Positions 10,052 to 20,088 are shown, counted from the first letter of the stretch. The stretch is DNA of 64,000 nucleotides from Candidatus Woesearchaeota archaeon (GCA_016192915.1 JACPTF010000002.1:67530-131529); one strand, 5' to 3'. The notes: generated by a model from the letters alone, not told the origin. Program-made: numbers and translations.

Positions 10052-10780
10052 ATGGGAAAGAACCTGATTCAGCAGCGGAGGGGAAAGGGAACGATTAGGT
10101 TCAGGGCTCCAAGCTTCAGGTACATCGGCGAGGCAAGGCACAGGAACTTCACAGAGGCCGAGAGGAACGCCAAGGTTACTGGCACAGTTGTTGCGATTGA
10201 GCACAGCTCAGGCCACTATACGCCCATAGCCCGGGTTCGGTATGATGATAATCAGGAGTCTCTCATGATTGCGCCTGAGGGCGTTAAGATTGGTGATGAG
10301 CTCGAGTCAGGTTTTTCGGCAGTCATTGCAAGCGGCAACACGCTGCCTCTGCTGCAGATTCCTGAGGGCACTCTCGTTTTCAACATTGAAAGCTCTCCTG
10401 GAGATGGCGGGAAGTTTGTAAGAACAACTGGTTTAGCTGCCAAGGTTGTTGAGAGGACTGATAAAAATGTAACTGTTTTGCTGCCGTCTAAAAAGCAGCA
10501 CACCTTTAACCTTTGGTGCCGGGCTACAGTCGGCCTTGTTGCTGGCGCTGGCAGGACAGAGAAGCCCCTGCTCAGGGCAGGCACTAACATGTTCAAGAAG
10601 ATGGCCAGGAATAAGTTCTGGCCTCAGGTCAAGGGCCAGTCTATGAACGCTGTCGCCCACCCTCATGGCGGCTCCCGCTCCTCAAAGAAGAACAAGCCAA
10701 CCATTGCGAAGAGGTTTGCGTCGTCTGGCGGAAATGTTGGCCACTTGAGGCCGAGACGAACTGGAAGAAGAAAGTTGTAG
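10052..10780 (+). CDS. rpl2: 50S ribosomal protein L2
   Basis: MGKNLIQQRRGKG, MNAVAHPHGG. Confidence 0.97.
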   Translation: MGKNLIQQRRGKGTIRFRAPSFRYIGEARHRNFTEAERNAKVTGTVVAIEHSSGHYTPIARVRYDDNQESLMIAPEGVKIGDELESGFSAVIASGNTLPLLQIPEGTLVFNIESSPGDGGKFVRTTGLAAKVVERTDKNVTVLLPSKKQHTFNLWCRATVGLVAGAGRTEKPLLRAGTNMFKKMARNKFWPQVKGQSMNAVAHPHGGSRSSKKNKPTIAKRFASSGGNVGHLRPRRTGRRKL

Positions 10781-10793
10781 GCTGTGATTAAGA

Positions 10794-11174
10794 ATGGCAA
10801 GGAAAGAGTTTGTTTTTCACGGGAAGGTCATGGACGAGCTCAAAAATATGAGCTTGAAAGAGTTTGCCCAGCTTTTGCCCGCGAGGCAAAGGAGGACTTT
10901 GCTTAAGGGGCTGAGCGACCTGAACAAGAAGCTGCTTGAGGACATTAAAACCAGCAACAATGTCAGGACGCACTGCAGGGACGTCATCATACTTCCGGAG
11001 ATGGTTGGCAAGACTGTGAAGGTTTACAGCGGCAAGGAGTTTGTGCCTGTCTTGATCATGGCCGAGATGCTGGGCCATTACCTTGGGGAGTTTGTGCTCT
11101 CAAGGAGAAAGGTAGTGCATCACGCTCCGGGCATAGGCGCAACAAAGTCAAGCGCTGCGCTCTCGGTAAGGTGA
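10794..11174 (+). CDS. rps19: 30S ribosomal protein S19
   Basis: [24 protein letters not shown]. Confidence 0.97.
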   Translation: MARKEFVFHGKVMDELKNMSLKEFAQLLPARQRRTLLKGLSDLNKKLLEDIKTSNNVRTHCRDVIILPEMVGKTVKVYSGKEFVPVLIMAEMLGHYLGEFVLSRRKVVHHAPGIGATKSSAALSVR

Positions 11175-11179
11175 TTATA

Positions 11180-11695
11180 ATGAAATACGCAACAGCATAT
11201 GATAAGAAGAGTATGGCTAGGGCAATGGGAGTTGCCATTCCGGTTTCCACTAAGAAGACTGTGGAGGTCTGCAGCTTTGTTAAAGGAAGGGAGCTTTCGA
11301 AAGCCATAAGGCTGCTTGAGGGCGTTATTGCCGAGCAGGTTGCTGTGCCTTTTCATAAGTATGCCAAGGGCGGCACCGGCCACAGGCCAGGCATCGGCAC
11401 TGGAAGGTATCCAAAGAATGTCTGTACAGAGGTCATCAAGCTGCTAAGGCAGGCCGAGGCAAACGCGAGGAACAAGGGCATCAACGCTACAGGGCTTGTT
11501 GTCAGCAGCATCCTTGCCAAGAAGGCTGCCAAGGCGTGGCATTTTGGCAGGCAGAGGCGAAGGCAAATGAAGCGAACACATGTTGAGGTTGTTGTGTCAG
11601 AAGCTGCCGAAGCTGCTAAAACAGCAGAGGCAGCAGCACTTGTTGCAAAATCATCAAACCAGAAGGTTAGCAAGCAGGCGAGTGTGAAAAAATGA
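11180..11695 (+). CDS. rpl22: 50S ribosomal protein L22
   Basis: GRYPKN, AEANARNKG, THVEVVV; Ala-rich tail. Confidence 0.95.
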   Translation: MKYATAYDKKSMARAMGVAIPVSTKKTVEVCSFVKGRELSKAIRLLEGVIAEQVAVPFHKYAKGGTGHRPGIGTGRYPKNVCTEVIKLLRQAEANARNKGINATGLVVSSILAKKAAKAWHFGRQRRRQMKRTHVEVVVSEAAEAAKTAEAAALVAKSSNQKVSKQASVKK

Positions 11696-12558
11696 TTGAA
11701 AGGGAATTTGTGGAGCAGAAGAAGAAGGAGTTCCAGATTCAGGAGTTTGTGTCAGAGACTTTGAAGAATGCCGGCCACAGCCATACCAAGCTTCAGAGGA
11801 CTCCTCTCGGCGAGAAAGTTGTCATTTACACCTCAAGGCCGGGCCTTATTGTTGGCAGGAAGGGACAGACAATCTCTAAGCTCACTGAGGTTTTGAAGAG
11901 GAAGTTCGGCCTTGAGAACCCCCAGGTTGAGATCGCTGAGGTTCCAAATCCTCTGCTTGATTCAAGGATTGTTGCAGAGCGGATTGCTTCGGAGCTTGAG
12001 AGGTTCGGCGCTAACAGGTTTAAGGGCATTATGCACAAGGCAGCAGAAGATGTTGTTGCCGGAGGTGCCGTTGGTGTAGAGATTAGGCTGTCCGGCAAGC
12101 TTCCGGGCGCACGAGCCAAGAGCTGGAGGGTCGCTGTCGGTTATTTAAGGAAGTGCGGCGATGCTGCAATGACTTTCGTTGACAAAAAAATAATTTCAGC
12201 CCAGCTTAAGCCAGGCATCATCGGAATCCAGGTCAGGATAATGCCTCCTGGTTTGGTTATGCCTGATGAGATAAGGCTTGCTGATTTAGAGCCGAAGCCT
12301 GAGGCCTCGGCTGTGCAGGGAACAGCGCCAGAGGCTGCAACTGCAACAGTGGACGAAAAAGCCGGCTCTGAAGGGAACAAAGAGACCGTTATTGAGGAAG
12401 TGAAAGAGAAGGAAAAACCTGCAAGAAAGAGAAAATCTGCGGCTGCAAAACCCAAATCCAAAACAGCACCGGCTGCAGCTGAAACAGCAAGTGAAGCATC
12501 TGTTGAAACTAAAGAGGAAAAAGAAGCCCAAGTCGTTGAAACAGGGGAAGAAAAATGA
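11692..12558 (+). CDS. rps3: 30S ribosomal protein S3
   Basis: RPGLIVGRKG KH motif, SGKLPGARA; long acidic/Ala tail. Confidence 0.97.
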   Translation: MIEREFVEQKKKEFQIQEFVSETLKNAGHSHTKLQRTPLGEKVVIYTSRPGLIVGRKGQTISKLTEVLKRKFGLENPQVEIAEVPNPLLDSRIVAERIASELERFGANRFKGIMHKAAEDVVAGGAVGVEIRLSGKLPGARAKSWRVAVGYLRKCGDAAMTFVDKKIISAQLKPGIIGIQVRIMPPGLVMPDEIRLADLEPKPEASAVQGTAPEAATATVDEKAGSEGNKETVIEEVKEKEKPARKRKSAAAKPKSKTAPAAAETASEASVETKEEKEAQVVETGEEK

Positions 12559-12761
12559 AGGTCGTGAAGGAGCTTAGGTCGCTTGCTGATAATGCTTTGA
12601 AATCGAGGATAACTGAGCTGAAGAAGGAGCTCATGAAGTACAATGCACAGGTTGCCATAGGCACTGTGCCTAAGAATCCTGGCGCTATCCGGAAGGACAA
12701 GCGCATGATTGCGAGGATAATGACGCTGTTAAATGAGAGGAGGCTGGAGCCGAAAGCATGA
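12555..12761 (+). CDS. rpl29: 50S ribosomal protein L29
   Basis: NPGAIRKDKRMIARIMT; operon position. Confidence 0.93.
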   Translation: MKVVKELRSLADNALKSRITELKKELMKYNAQVAIGTVPKNPGAIRKDKRMIARIMTLLNERRLEPKA

Positions 12762-13066
12762 GTGAAACGTGCCCAAAGTGCGGATTGCCAAAGCCGATAT
12801 GCGTCTGCGAGACCATCGCAAAGGAGAGCCAGCGCATACGCGTTTACATGGTCAAGAAGAAATTTGACAAGTTCAGCACGATAGTGGAGGGCTTGGAGAA
12901 AAAATCGATTGATATCAAGGACGTTGCCCGCAAGCTGAAATCTGACCTTGCCTGCGGCGGAACCGTAAAGGCCGGGAGGATTGAGCTTCAGGGGGACCAC
13001 AGGCAGAAAACAAAGAGCTCGCTGGTTAAGATGGGCTTTGCGCCTGAAACAATTGAGGTTCGCTGA
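12758..13066 (+). CDS. sui1: Translation initiation factor aIF1/SUI1
   Basis: CPKCGLP..C, LKSDLACGGTVK, IELQGDH. Confidence 0.95.
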   Translation: MSETCPKCGLPKPICVCETIAKESQRIRVYMVKKKFDKFSTIVEGLEKKSIDIKDVARKLKSDLACGGTVKAGRIELQGDHRQKTKSSLVKMGFAPETIEVR

Positions 13067-13080
13067 GTTACAGGGTGGTT

Positions 13081-13536
13081 ATGTTGGCAAAAAAAGCAAA
13101 GGAAGGAACAGCATCGGCGCAGCCGATGCGTAGAGACAGCTTGGCTGTCTCTAAAAATGAAAGTGATGCTGTGGGAGTAGCTGCAGCCGCGCCTGCTTCG
13201 AAACCAGGCGGCAGCCAGCATGACGCAACAGGACTTGGCCTTTCTGTTCCGGATGCGCCCTGCACCGACGGAAACTGCCCGTTCCATGGCAGGCTTAGGC
13301 TGCATGGCCGGCGCCTTACCGGTGTTGTAGCATCTGCAAGGATGAGGAGAACGGCCAACATTGTGATTGAGCGGATGGCATTCGTGAAGAAATATGATAG
13401 GTATGACAGGAGAAAGTCCAAGCTGAAGGTGCATAACCCTGAGTGCATATCCGCAAAGGAAGGGGATAAGGTTGATGTTGTTGAGTGCAGGCCACTCAGC
13501 AAGACAAAGCATTTCGTGATTGTGAGGAAATTGTAA
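13081..13536 (+). CDS. rps17: 30S ribosomal protein S17 with N-terminal extension
   Basis: CTDGNCPFHG, VHNPECI, ECRPLSKTKHFV. Confidence 0.95.
   Translation: MLAKKAKEGTASAQPMRRDSLAVSKNESDAVGVAAAAPASKPGGSQHDATGLGLSVPDAPCTDGNCPFHGRLRLHGRRLTGVVASARMRRTANIVIERMAFVKKYDRYDRRKSKLKVHNPECISAKEGDKVDVVECRPLSKTKHFVIVRKL
13111..13153. repeat. Two adjacent perfect hairpins inside the rps17 5' extension
   Basis: GCATCGGC-gca-GCCGATGC and TAGAGACAGC-ttg-GCTGTCTCTA. Confidence 0.7.
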
Positions 13537-13537
13537 G

Positions 13538-13939
13538 ATGCAGCCAATAAAATCAAGGATAACGAAAGCACTTAACCACGGAAGCTACGTGGAAACGTGC
13601 GATAACTCTGGAGCCAAGCTGCTCAGGGTTATGACATTCATGGGTTCCAAGGGAGTTGCCGGAAGAAAGCCCGCAGGTGGCGTTGGCAGCCTCATAATGG
13701 CATCTGTCAGGAGAGGCACTCCTGAGATGAGGAAGCAGGTGGTCTTTGCAGTCATAGTCAGGCAGCGCAAAGAGTTCAGGAGGCCTTCAGGCGAGAGGAT
13801 AAAGTTTGAGGACAACGCCGCAGTTGTTTTGAAGGATGAGAGCGGCAGCCCAAAAGGCACCCTAATCAAGGGCGCTATTCCGAGGGAGATTGCCGAGCGC
13901 TGGCCCATGGTGTCAAAGCTCGCCACAATCATAGTTTGA
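13538..13939 (+). CDS. rpl14: 50S ribosomal protein L14
   Basis: CDNSGAK, AVIVRQRK, FEDNAAV. Confidence 0.97.
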   Translation: MQPIKSRITKALNHGSYVETCDNSGAKLLRVMTFMGSKGVAGRKPAGGVGSLIMASVRRGTPEMRKQVVFAVIVRQRKEFRRPSGERIKFEDNAAVVLKDESGSPKGTLIKGAIPREIAERWPMVSKLATIIV

Positions 13940-13958
13940 CGTTGCAAGGTAAAGAAAA

Positions 13959-14381
13959 ATGAAACTGTTTTCATTGGCGTGGAAATCAAGTAAGAGGCCC
14001 TCCAAGCAGAGGAAGTACAGGTATAACTCACCTCTTCATTTGAAGAGGAGCTTCCTTGCCGCTCATCTGGCTCCTAACCTTAGCGCAAAGTACAGCACGG
14101 CAAGCATCAATGTAAGGGAGGGCGACACAGTGAAGGTCATGAGAGGGGAATTCAGTGGCTTGACAGGCAAGATTAACAGCGTAAGCACGAGGAAAGGCCT
14201 TGTTTATGTTGACGGCGCTGAGCGCATTAGGAAGGACGGCACAAAGTCGTTCATGCCGCTAAGGCCATCGAACCTTTTGGTTGTGGAAGCAACTATTGAG
14301 GACAAGCGCAGAATTGAGTCATTAACAAGGAAATCTGACGCTAACAGAGGCAAAAACAGTAGGCAAAAGCTTGGAAGTTAG
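13959..14381 (+). CDS. rpl24: 50S ribosomal protein L24
   Basis: PSKQRKYRYNSPLH, GDTVKVMRG. Confidence 0.95.
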   Translation: MKLFSLAWKSSKRPSKQRKYRYNSPLHLKRSFLAAHLAPNLSAKYSTASINVREGDTVKVMRGEFSGLTGKINSVSTRKGLVYVDGAERIRKDGTKSFMPLRPSNLLVVEATIEDKRRIESLTRKSDANRGKNSRQKLGS

Positions 14382-14387
14382 GGGTTG

Positions 14388-15086
14388 ATGATCGTGGCTA
14401 AGAAACACTTGAAGAGGGTCGCTGCACCGGCAACATGGATGATTGGCAGGAAGGAATCTAAGTTCATAGCGATGCCTCGCGGCTCATATAGCCTTGAGCA
14501 GGGGATGCCCCTCATTGCCGTGCTGAAGGATGTGCTTAATCTTGTTAGCACGAGGAAGGAAGGCAAGCGCGTTCTCAATAGCAGGGAAATACTGGTAAAC
14601 GGCATTAGAAGGAAGGATGAGAAGTTCATGATTGGCCTGATGGACGTGCTCACAGTAAAAGAGACAGGCAAGTCTTACAGGATGCTTCTCAACAGGAATA
14701 ACGTGCTGGTACTGGTGCCAATAAGCGAAGCAGAATGTGGAATTAAGCTTTGCAAGATAACCGGCAAGAGTGTAATTAGCAAAGGGAAGCTTCAGCTTTC
14801 GCTCCATGACGGCAGGAGCATTATGGGCTCAAATGAGCACAGGACAGGCGACAGCTTGGTGCTTGAAATGCCTGCCGGCAAGATAAAGCACCACCTCAAG
14901 CTTGAGAAGGGCTGCCAGGCATATCTTATCGGGGGGAGCAATGTTGGCCGCAATGCCATTGTTGAAAATATCTCCGGCGATAAAGTCGCAATCAAGATTG
15001 GCGATGGTGTTGTTGAAGCCGCGCGCAGGTTCGTATTTGTTACGGGCTCTGACAAGCCAGTCATAAAGTCAGTGGTTTCGGTTTAA
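14388..15086 (+). CDS. rps4e: 30S ribosomal protein S4e
   Basis: KHLKRVAAP, IGLMDV, QLSLHDGR. Confidence 0.95.
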   Translation: MIVAKKHLKRVAAPATWMIGRKESKFIAMPRGSYSLEQGMPLIAVLKDVLNLVSTRKEGKRVLNSREILVNGIRRKDEKFMIGLMDVLTVKETGKSYRMLLNRNNVLVLVPISEAECGIKLCKITGKSVISKGKLQLSLHDGRSIMGSNEHRTGDSLVLEMPAGKIKHHLKLEKGCQAYLIGGSNVGRNAIVENISGDKVAIKIGDGVVEAARRFVFVTGSDKPVIKSVVSV

Positions 15087-15109
15087 TGATTTGAGCAATA
15101 GAGGACAAA

Positions 15110-15688
15110 ATGGCTACAGCTGCAATGCGTGCAACAGGGCAGGCAGTGGTTGCTAGTCAGAGGAATGATGAACAGAATAACGTCATGCGACAGCTCAGGG
15201 TGGCAAAGGTAACTTTGAATATCGGGGCTGGGAAAAGCACTGAGAAGCTTGAGAAGGGCTTGAAGCTGCTTAAGGCTGTTACCGGGTTAGCTCCTGTTAA
15301 AACTTTCACAAACAAGCGCATACCGAACTGGGGATTGAGGCCGGGCTTGCCAATTGGCTGTAAGCTCACCCTGAGAAAGGCCAAGTCATTGGAGCTTCTC
15401 AGGAGGCTTATTCAATCCAGGGACAACAAGCTGAGCAACAGCCAGTTCGATGATGAGGGCAATGTTTCGTTCGGCATTCCGGAATACATAGACATTCCAG
15501 GAGTGAACTATGATCCTTCAATAGGAATAATGGGCCTTGAGGTCTGCATAACCCTTGAAAGGGCGGGCTTCAGGATTAAGAGGAGGAAGGTCATGAAGAG
15601 GAAGATTCCAGCAAGGCACAGGGTGAGCAAGCCTGACGCCATTGGCTTTATGAAAGACAAGTTCGGGGTTACGGTGATTTCAGAATGA
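15110..15688 (+). CDS. rpl5: 50S ribosomal protein L5
   Basis: [33 protein letters not shown]. Confidence 0.96.
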   Translation: MATAAMRATGQAVVASQRNDEQNNVMRQLRVAKVTLNIGAGKSTEKLEKGLKLLKAVTGLAPVKTFTNKRIPNWGLRPGLPIGCKLTLRKAKSLELLRRLIQSRDNKLSNSQFDDEGNVSFGIPEYIDIPGVNYDPSIGIMGLEVCITLERAGFRIKRRKVMKRKIPARHRVSKPDAIGFMKDKFGVTVISE

Positions 15689-15915
15689 CAGTGAGCAGCT
15701 TCAAGAAAATGTTTACACAGCTTAAGGCAAAGCCCGTAATTTTGCAGCGCTACCTTAAGTTCAACAAGCCGAAGGCCAGGAAGTTTGGAAAGGGAATAAA
15801 GCAGTGCCTGCGCTGCGGAAACACACGCGGCTTTATTGAAAAGTATGGCCTTAACCTTTGCAGGAAATGCTTCAGGGACATTGCCACAAACATTGGCTTC
15901 AAGAAATACAGCTGA
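15685..15915 (+). CDS. rps14: 30S ribosomal protein S14 (Zn type)
   Basis: [22 protein letters not shown]. Confidence 0.95.
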   Translation: MTVSSFKKMFTQLKAKPVILQRYLKFNKPKARKFGKGIKQCLRCGNTRGFIEKYGLNLCRKCFRDIATNIGFKKYS

Positions 15916-16043
15916 CCTTTTCCCAAGTCGACAGCAGTCGCAATTCCGCTCATAGCAGAATGCGCAATCGGGCTTGCCCCGATTTGCGACTGGGCCCAGT
16001 CGCCCAAAGGTGGCTTGGGTTATAAAAAGGTCAATCAAAAAAC
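15913..16043. repeat. Three-level nested repeat: family A containing family B (15922-16019) containing family B (15939-15988)
   Basis: TGACCTTTT[CCCAAGTCGAC-agca-GTCG[CAATTCCGC..GCAGAATG CG CAATCGGG..CCCGATTTG]CGACTGGG|CCCAGTCGCC-caaa-GGTGGCTTGGG]TTATAAAAAGGTCAATCAAAAAAC. Confidence 0.9.
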
Positions 16044-16086
16044 GAAATAAAAAACGAAAATGAACTAAGAAGTGAAGTGATGAAAA

Positions 16087-16476
16087 ATGCTTAATGACCC
16101 GTTGGCTAACGTGCTCTCGGTAATGAACAACGCCGACCAGAAAGGAATGAAGCAGTGCTCTATCAAGCCTTCATCGAAGCTTATTTTGAGCGTGCTAGAA
16201 ATACTTAATGCCAGGCGCTACATCGGCAGCCATAATGTCATTGAGGACGGGCGTGGGGGTATTGTGCAGATCAACCTTATTGGTGCAATCAACAAGTGCG
16301 GCGCGATAAAGCCGAGGTTCTCGGTCGGCAGGGGAAACTACGAGAAGTTCGAGACGCGCTTCCTTCCTGCCAAGGACTTTGGCTTTCTCATTGTCAGCAC
16401 GCCGAAGGGCATAATGACCCACACCGAGGCAAAGGCAAAGGGCTTTGGGGGCAGGTTGCTTGCTTACTGCTACTAG
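16087..16476 (+). CDS. rps8: 30S ribosomal protein S8
   Basis: DPLANVLS, INKCGAIKPRF, GGRLLAYCY. Confidence 0.97.
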   Translation: MLNDPLANVLSVMNNADQKGMKQCSIKPSSKLILSVLEILNARRYIGSHNVIEDGRGGIVQINLIGAINKCGAIKPRFSVGRGNYEKFETRFLPAKDFGFLIVSTPKGIMTHTEAKAKGFGGRLLAYCY

Positions 16477-16483
16477 ATTAGCA

Positions 16484-17080
16484 ATGAAAACAAAGATGGC
16501 AAAGAATAACAGCAAAACGGGAAAGGGAAATGGTGAATCAGCCAGGATGACTGAGGAGCTTGAGCTGCCAGCTGGCGTGACGGCCGCAGTTACTGTGGGA
16601 GTTCTAACCCTGAATGGCCCTAAGGGTGAGGCTTCTAGAGAGATTAAGGAGCGGAATGCTTTCGTTACAGTGGAAGGTGGCAAGGTCATCATTTCAGCAG
16701 CGAAGGCCGGCAAGCGCGAGAAAAAAACCATGGGCAGCTTGAGGGCACACGTCCTAAACATGGCAAGGGGAGTCAGCGAGGGGCATGTTTACAAGCTCAA
16801 GGTATGCTTTACGCATTTCCCGATTACAGTGCTTGTTTCAGGTAGCCAGCTGCTTGTCAAGAATTTCCTCGGCGAAAAAACGCCGCGCAAGATGAGCCTG
16901 TCTAAGGATGTCAAGGTGAAGGTTGAGGGCGCTGATATTGTCGTTGAGTCTGTGAGCAAGGAAGCCGCAGGGCAGACCGCCGCGGCAATAGAGCAGATTA
17001 CGAAAAGGGCAAACTTTGACACGAGGGTTTTTGCAGATGGCATTTACATTACCGTGAAAGACGGGAAGGATTTTAAGTAA
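16484..17080 (+). CDS. rpl6: 50S ribosomal protein L6
   Basis: HFPITV, NFLGEK, GQTAAAIEQ, DTRVFADGIYI. Confidence 0.96.
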   Translation: MKTKMAKNNSKTGKGNGESARMTEELELPAGVTAAVTVGVLTLNGPKGEASREIKERNAFVTVEGGKVIISAAKAGKREKKTMGSLRAHVLNMARGVSEGHVYKLKVCFTHFPITVLVSGSQLLVKNFLGEKTPRKMSLSKDVKVKVEGADIVVESVSKEAAGQTAAAIEQITKRANFDTRVFADGIYITVKDGKDFK

Positions 17081-17096
17081 AGTTAAGTGAATTGAA

Positions 17097-17729
17097 ATGG
17101 TTGACGCTAAGTTGCTTGAAGTGAGGAAGGCTGTGAAGAGAAGGAAGCCTAATTTCCAGATTCAGAACTCCAACGACCCCAAGAAAAGGTGGCCTGGGAG
17201 GTGGAAGAGGCCTAAGGGCTTGCAGTCAAAGATGCGCGAGAGGAGAAAGGGCAACCCGAGGTACATTGAGCCAGGCTACGGCTCGCCTGCTGCCTTAAGG
17301 GGCGCAACCACTGAAGGCTTGTTCCCTGTTATTGTGAACAACGTTAGCGGCCTTGGCAATGTGAATGGTGACAGCGGTGTTGTTGTCTCTTCAACAACCG
17401 GGATGAGAAAGAAAACTGGGATAGTCAGGGCCGCGGTTGAACAAAAGCTAAAGCTGCTTAATGTTGATGCTGCCAAGTTCATTAAAGGCGTTGAGGAAAG
17501 TATTGGCTCAAGAAAGAAGAGAAGGCATGAGCTCTTGCAGAAGAGAAAATTCAGGGCGGAATCAAAGAAGCCGCAGCCTGCAGAGGCAACAGCTGCCACA
17601 TCCGCAACAGCAGTGAAAAGTGATGTTAAACCTGCAAAAGATGATATAGAGAGCAAGGTTGATGATGAGGAGAGAAAGAAAGCTGAGAAGGCTGAAAAGG
17701 ACAGGATACTTACAAAACGAAGTGATTGA
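17097..17729 (+). CDS. rpl32e: 50S ribosomal protein L32e with C-terminal extension
   Basis: WKRPKGLQSKMR, PGYGSP. Confidence 0.93.
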   Translation: MVDAKLLEVRKAVKRRKPNFQIQNSNDPKKRWPGRWKRPKGLQSKMRERRKGNPRYIEPGYGSPAALRGATTEGLFPVIVNNVSGLGNVNGDSGVVVSSTTGMRKKTGIVRAAVEQKLKLLNVDAAKFIKGVEESIGSRKKRRHELLQKRKFRAESKKPQPAEATAATSATAVKSDVKPAKDDIESKVDDEERKKAEKAEKDRILTKRSD

Positions 17730-17730
17730 A

Positions 17731-18195
17731 ATGATGCTGAATGTTCAAAAGCGATTGGCCTCTGGAATCTTAGGGTGCTCCCCGAAGAGGGTGGTTTTTG
17801 ATACTGAGCGCCTTTCAGACATCAAGGAGGCCATTACAAAGTCTGATCTGAGGGCTTTGATAGAGCAGGGCGCCATAAGGAAGCTTCCCGCTCGCGGCAT
17901 TTCCAGGGGAAGGATCAGGTTCTCCAACGCCCAGAAGAGGAAAGGCAAGAGAAAGGGCCATGGCAGCAGGAAAGGTGCTGCAGGCGCTAGGACTGTCAGG
18001 AAGACAGCTTGGGTTAACAGGGTCAGGCTGCAGAGGCGCTACCTTGCCGGGCTTAGGGAGCGCAAGGTTGTTGATGCTGCCCAGTTTTTTGAGATTTACA
18101 GGAAGATTAAGGGCGGTTTTTTCAGGAGCAAGAGGCACATGGAGCTTTACCTTACGGAAAAGGGAATCTTGAAGAATGCTGGTGATAAAAAATGA
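17731..18195 (+). CDS. rpl19e: 50S ribosomal protein L19e
   Basis: QKRLASGILG, GHGSRKG, YRKIKGGFFRS. Confidence 0.95.
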   Translation: MMLNVQKRLASGILGCSPKRVVFDTERLSDIKEAITKSDLRALIEQGAIRKLPARGISRGRIRFSNAQKRKGKRKGHGSRKGAAGARTVRKTAWVNRVRLQRRYLAGLRERKVVDAAQFFEIYRKIKGGFFRSKRHMELYLTEKGILKNAGDKK

Positions 18196-18794
18196 AAAGC
18201 GTGATTGCCATCCCTTTCAGGAGAAGGCTGTCGGGCAGGACTAATTATAGGAGGAGGCTTGCCTTGCTGAAGTCAAGCACCCCAAGGTTGGTTGTGAGAA
18301 AGACATTGACAAGCATAATCTTCCAGGTTGTTGATTTAGCCGAGGGCGGCGATAAGGTTGTGCTCTCCATGACTTCAAAGAAACTGAAGGAGCTCGGCTG
18401 GAATCACAGCTTCAAGAACATTCCTGCAGCTTACCTCGCCGGCTTAATGCTTGGGAAGATGGCCCTGGCGAATGGCGTGGGCGAGGTTATACCTGATATA
18501 GGGTTCCAGAGCGTTACCAGGGGCGGGAAGATTTTTGCGGCAATCAAGGGGGCCAGGGACGCTGGCCTGAATGTCCAGGTTTCGGATGATGTTGTTCCAA
18601 GTAGCGACGCAATTACCGGCTCAAAGATAGCCACATACGCAAAGGCAGCCAAGCCAGTGCAGTTTGCAAGCGCTGGCACCGCTGCGGTTAAGATTACTGA
18701 GGACTTTGAGAAGGCAAAGGTGGCGATTGCTGCCTGGCAATTTAAGAAGGCAGCCCCCGAAAAAAATGTGGATGCTGCCTCTAAGAGGAAGTGA
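18192..18794 (+). CDS. rpl18: 50S ribosomal protein L18
   Basis: RRRLSGRTNYRRRLALL, NIPAAYLAG, KGARDAGL. Confidence 0.95.
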   Translation: MKSVIAIPFRRRLSGRTNYRRRLALLKSSTPRLVVRKTLTSIIFQVVDLAEGGDKVVLSMTSKKLKELGWNHSFKNIPAAYLAGLMLGKMALANGVGEVIPDIGFQSVTRGGKIFAAIKGARDAGLNVQVSDDVVPSSDAITGSKIATYAKAAKPVQFASAGTAAVKITEDFEKAKVAIAAWQFKKAAPEKNVDAASKRK

Positions 18795-19609
18795 GTTGGA
18801 AGAATATGGATAAGCGCAATACATTTAGAACAAGAAAGCCGGTAAGGCGAAAGGACCGTTTCAAGCCTGTTGAGCTTACAGAAGAGGAACGGCTGCGGCA
18901 GGCTGAGCGCATGAAGGTCAGCATTGAGGCCTGGAAGCCCAGGACAGAGCTTGGCAGGAAAGTCAAGAGTGGCGAGATAACGTCCATTGACCAGATACTT
19001 GACGCGGGCCAGCGCATTATGGAACAGGAAATCGTTGACGCGCTTATGAGTAACTTGAGCAGCGACTTGTTGATGATTGGCCAGTCAAAGGGAAAGTTTG
19101 GTGGCGGCCAGCGAAGGGCTTTCAAGCAAACCCAGAAAAAGACAGCCGAGGGCAACAAGCCCAGCTTTGCAACGATGGTTGTTATTGGCAACAGGAATGG
19201 TTACATAGGCATGGGCTATGGAAAGTCCAAGGAAACTGTTCTTTCAAGAGAGAAGGCTCTCAGGAACGCCAAGCTTAACATAATCAAGATCAGAAGGGGA
19301 TGCGGAAGCTGGCAGTGCGGCTGCAAAACCGCCCACACGATTCCGTTCAAGGTTGTCGGCAAGTGCGGCTCTGTCAAGATTGAGCTCATGCCAGCTCCAA
19401 AGGGCAGCGGCCTTACGGTTGCTAAGGAGTGCAGGAAGATTCTTGCCCTTGCAGGCATTCAGGATGTCTGGAGCAAGACATTCGGCCAGACCGGGACAAC
19501 AATTAACCTGTCTACGGCCTGCTTTGAGGCGCTGAAAAGCCTTGGCGAGAGAAAGGTTCAGCCCGAGAATATTGAAAGCCTTGGCATTGTTGATGGCGCT
19601 AAGGCATAA
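18791..19609 (+). CDS. rps5: 30S ribosomal protein S5
   Basis: WKPRTELGRKV, IRRGCGSW, PAPKGSGL, AGIQDVWS. Confidence 0.97.
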   Translation: MSWKNMDKRNTFRTRKPVRRKDRFKPVELTEEERLRQAERMKVSIEAWKPRTELGRKVKSGEITSIDQILDAGQRIMEQEIVDALMSNLSSDLLMIGQSKGKFGGGQRRAFKQTQKKTAEGNKPSFATMVVIGNRNGYIGMGYGKSKETVLSREKALRNAKLNIIKIRRGCGSWQCGCKTAHTIPFKVVGKCGSVKIELMPAPKGSGLTVAKECRKILALAGIQDVWSKTFGQTGTTINLSTACFEALKSLGERKVQPENIESLGIVDGAKA

Positions 19610-19635
19610 ACTTATTGTTACACCGAGTGGTAAAT

Positions 19636-20082
19636 ATGGAAAAAACAAAATCCGGAATTGGAAGGCAGCTGGCCGTCATCCGCTTGAGGGGCAGAACAGG
19701 GCTCAATCATAGTGTTGCGGTTACGCTTGACCTGCTTAACATACGGCGCGTCAACCACTGTGCTGTAGTTCCGGACACTCCGGAAGTGGTTGGAATGGTG
19801 AAGAAGGCAAAGGATTACATAACGTGGGGCCCGATAGACGATGACACGCTGAAGGCCATTGTTGAAAAGCGAGGCGAGGCAGTTGAGGCGGCAACAGCTC
19901 CCGGTACGAAGTCAAATAAAAAATCTTTTGCTTTCAACGGGAAGAATTACAGGCCTTATTTCAGGCTTAGCCCTGCCAAAGGCGGCCTTGGCAAGAGGGG
20001 GATAAAAGCATCTTTCACCAATTCAGGCGCCCTTGGCGATAGGAAGGAAAAGATAAATGATTTGATTAAGAAGATGCTGTGA
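19636..20082 (+). CDS. rpl30: 50S ribosomal protein L30
   Basis: AVIRLRG, KDYITWG, FRLSPAKGG, INDLIKKML. Confidence 0.95.
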   Translation: MEKTKSGIGRQLAVIRLRGRTGLNHSVAVTLDLLNIRRVNHCAVVPDTPEVVGMVKKAKDYITWGPIDDDTLKAIVEKRGEAVEAATAPGTKSNKKSFAFNGKNYRPYFRLSPAKGGLGKRGIKASFTNSGALGDRKEKINDLIKKML

Positions 20083-20088
20083 TGTGCC

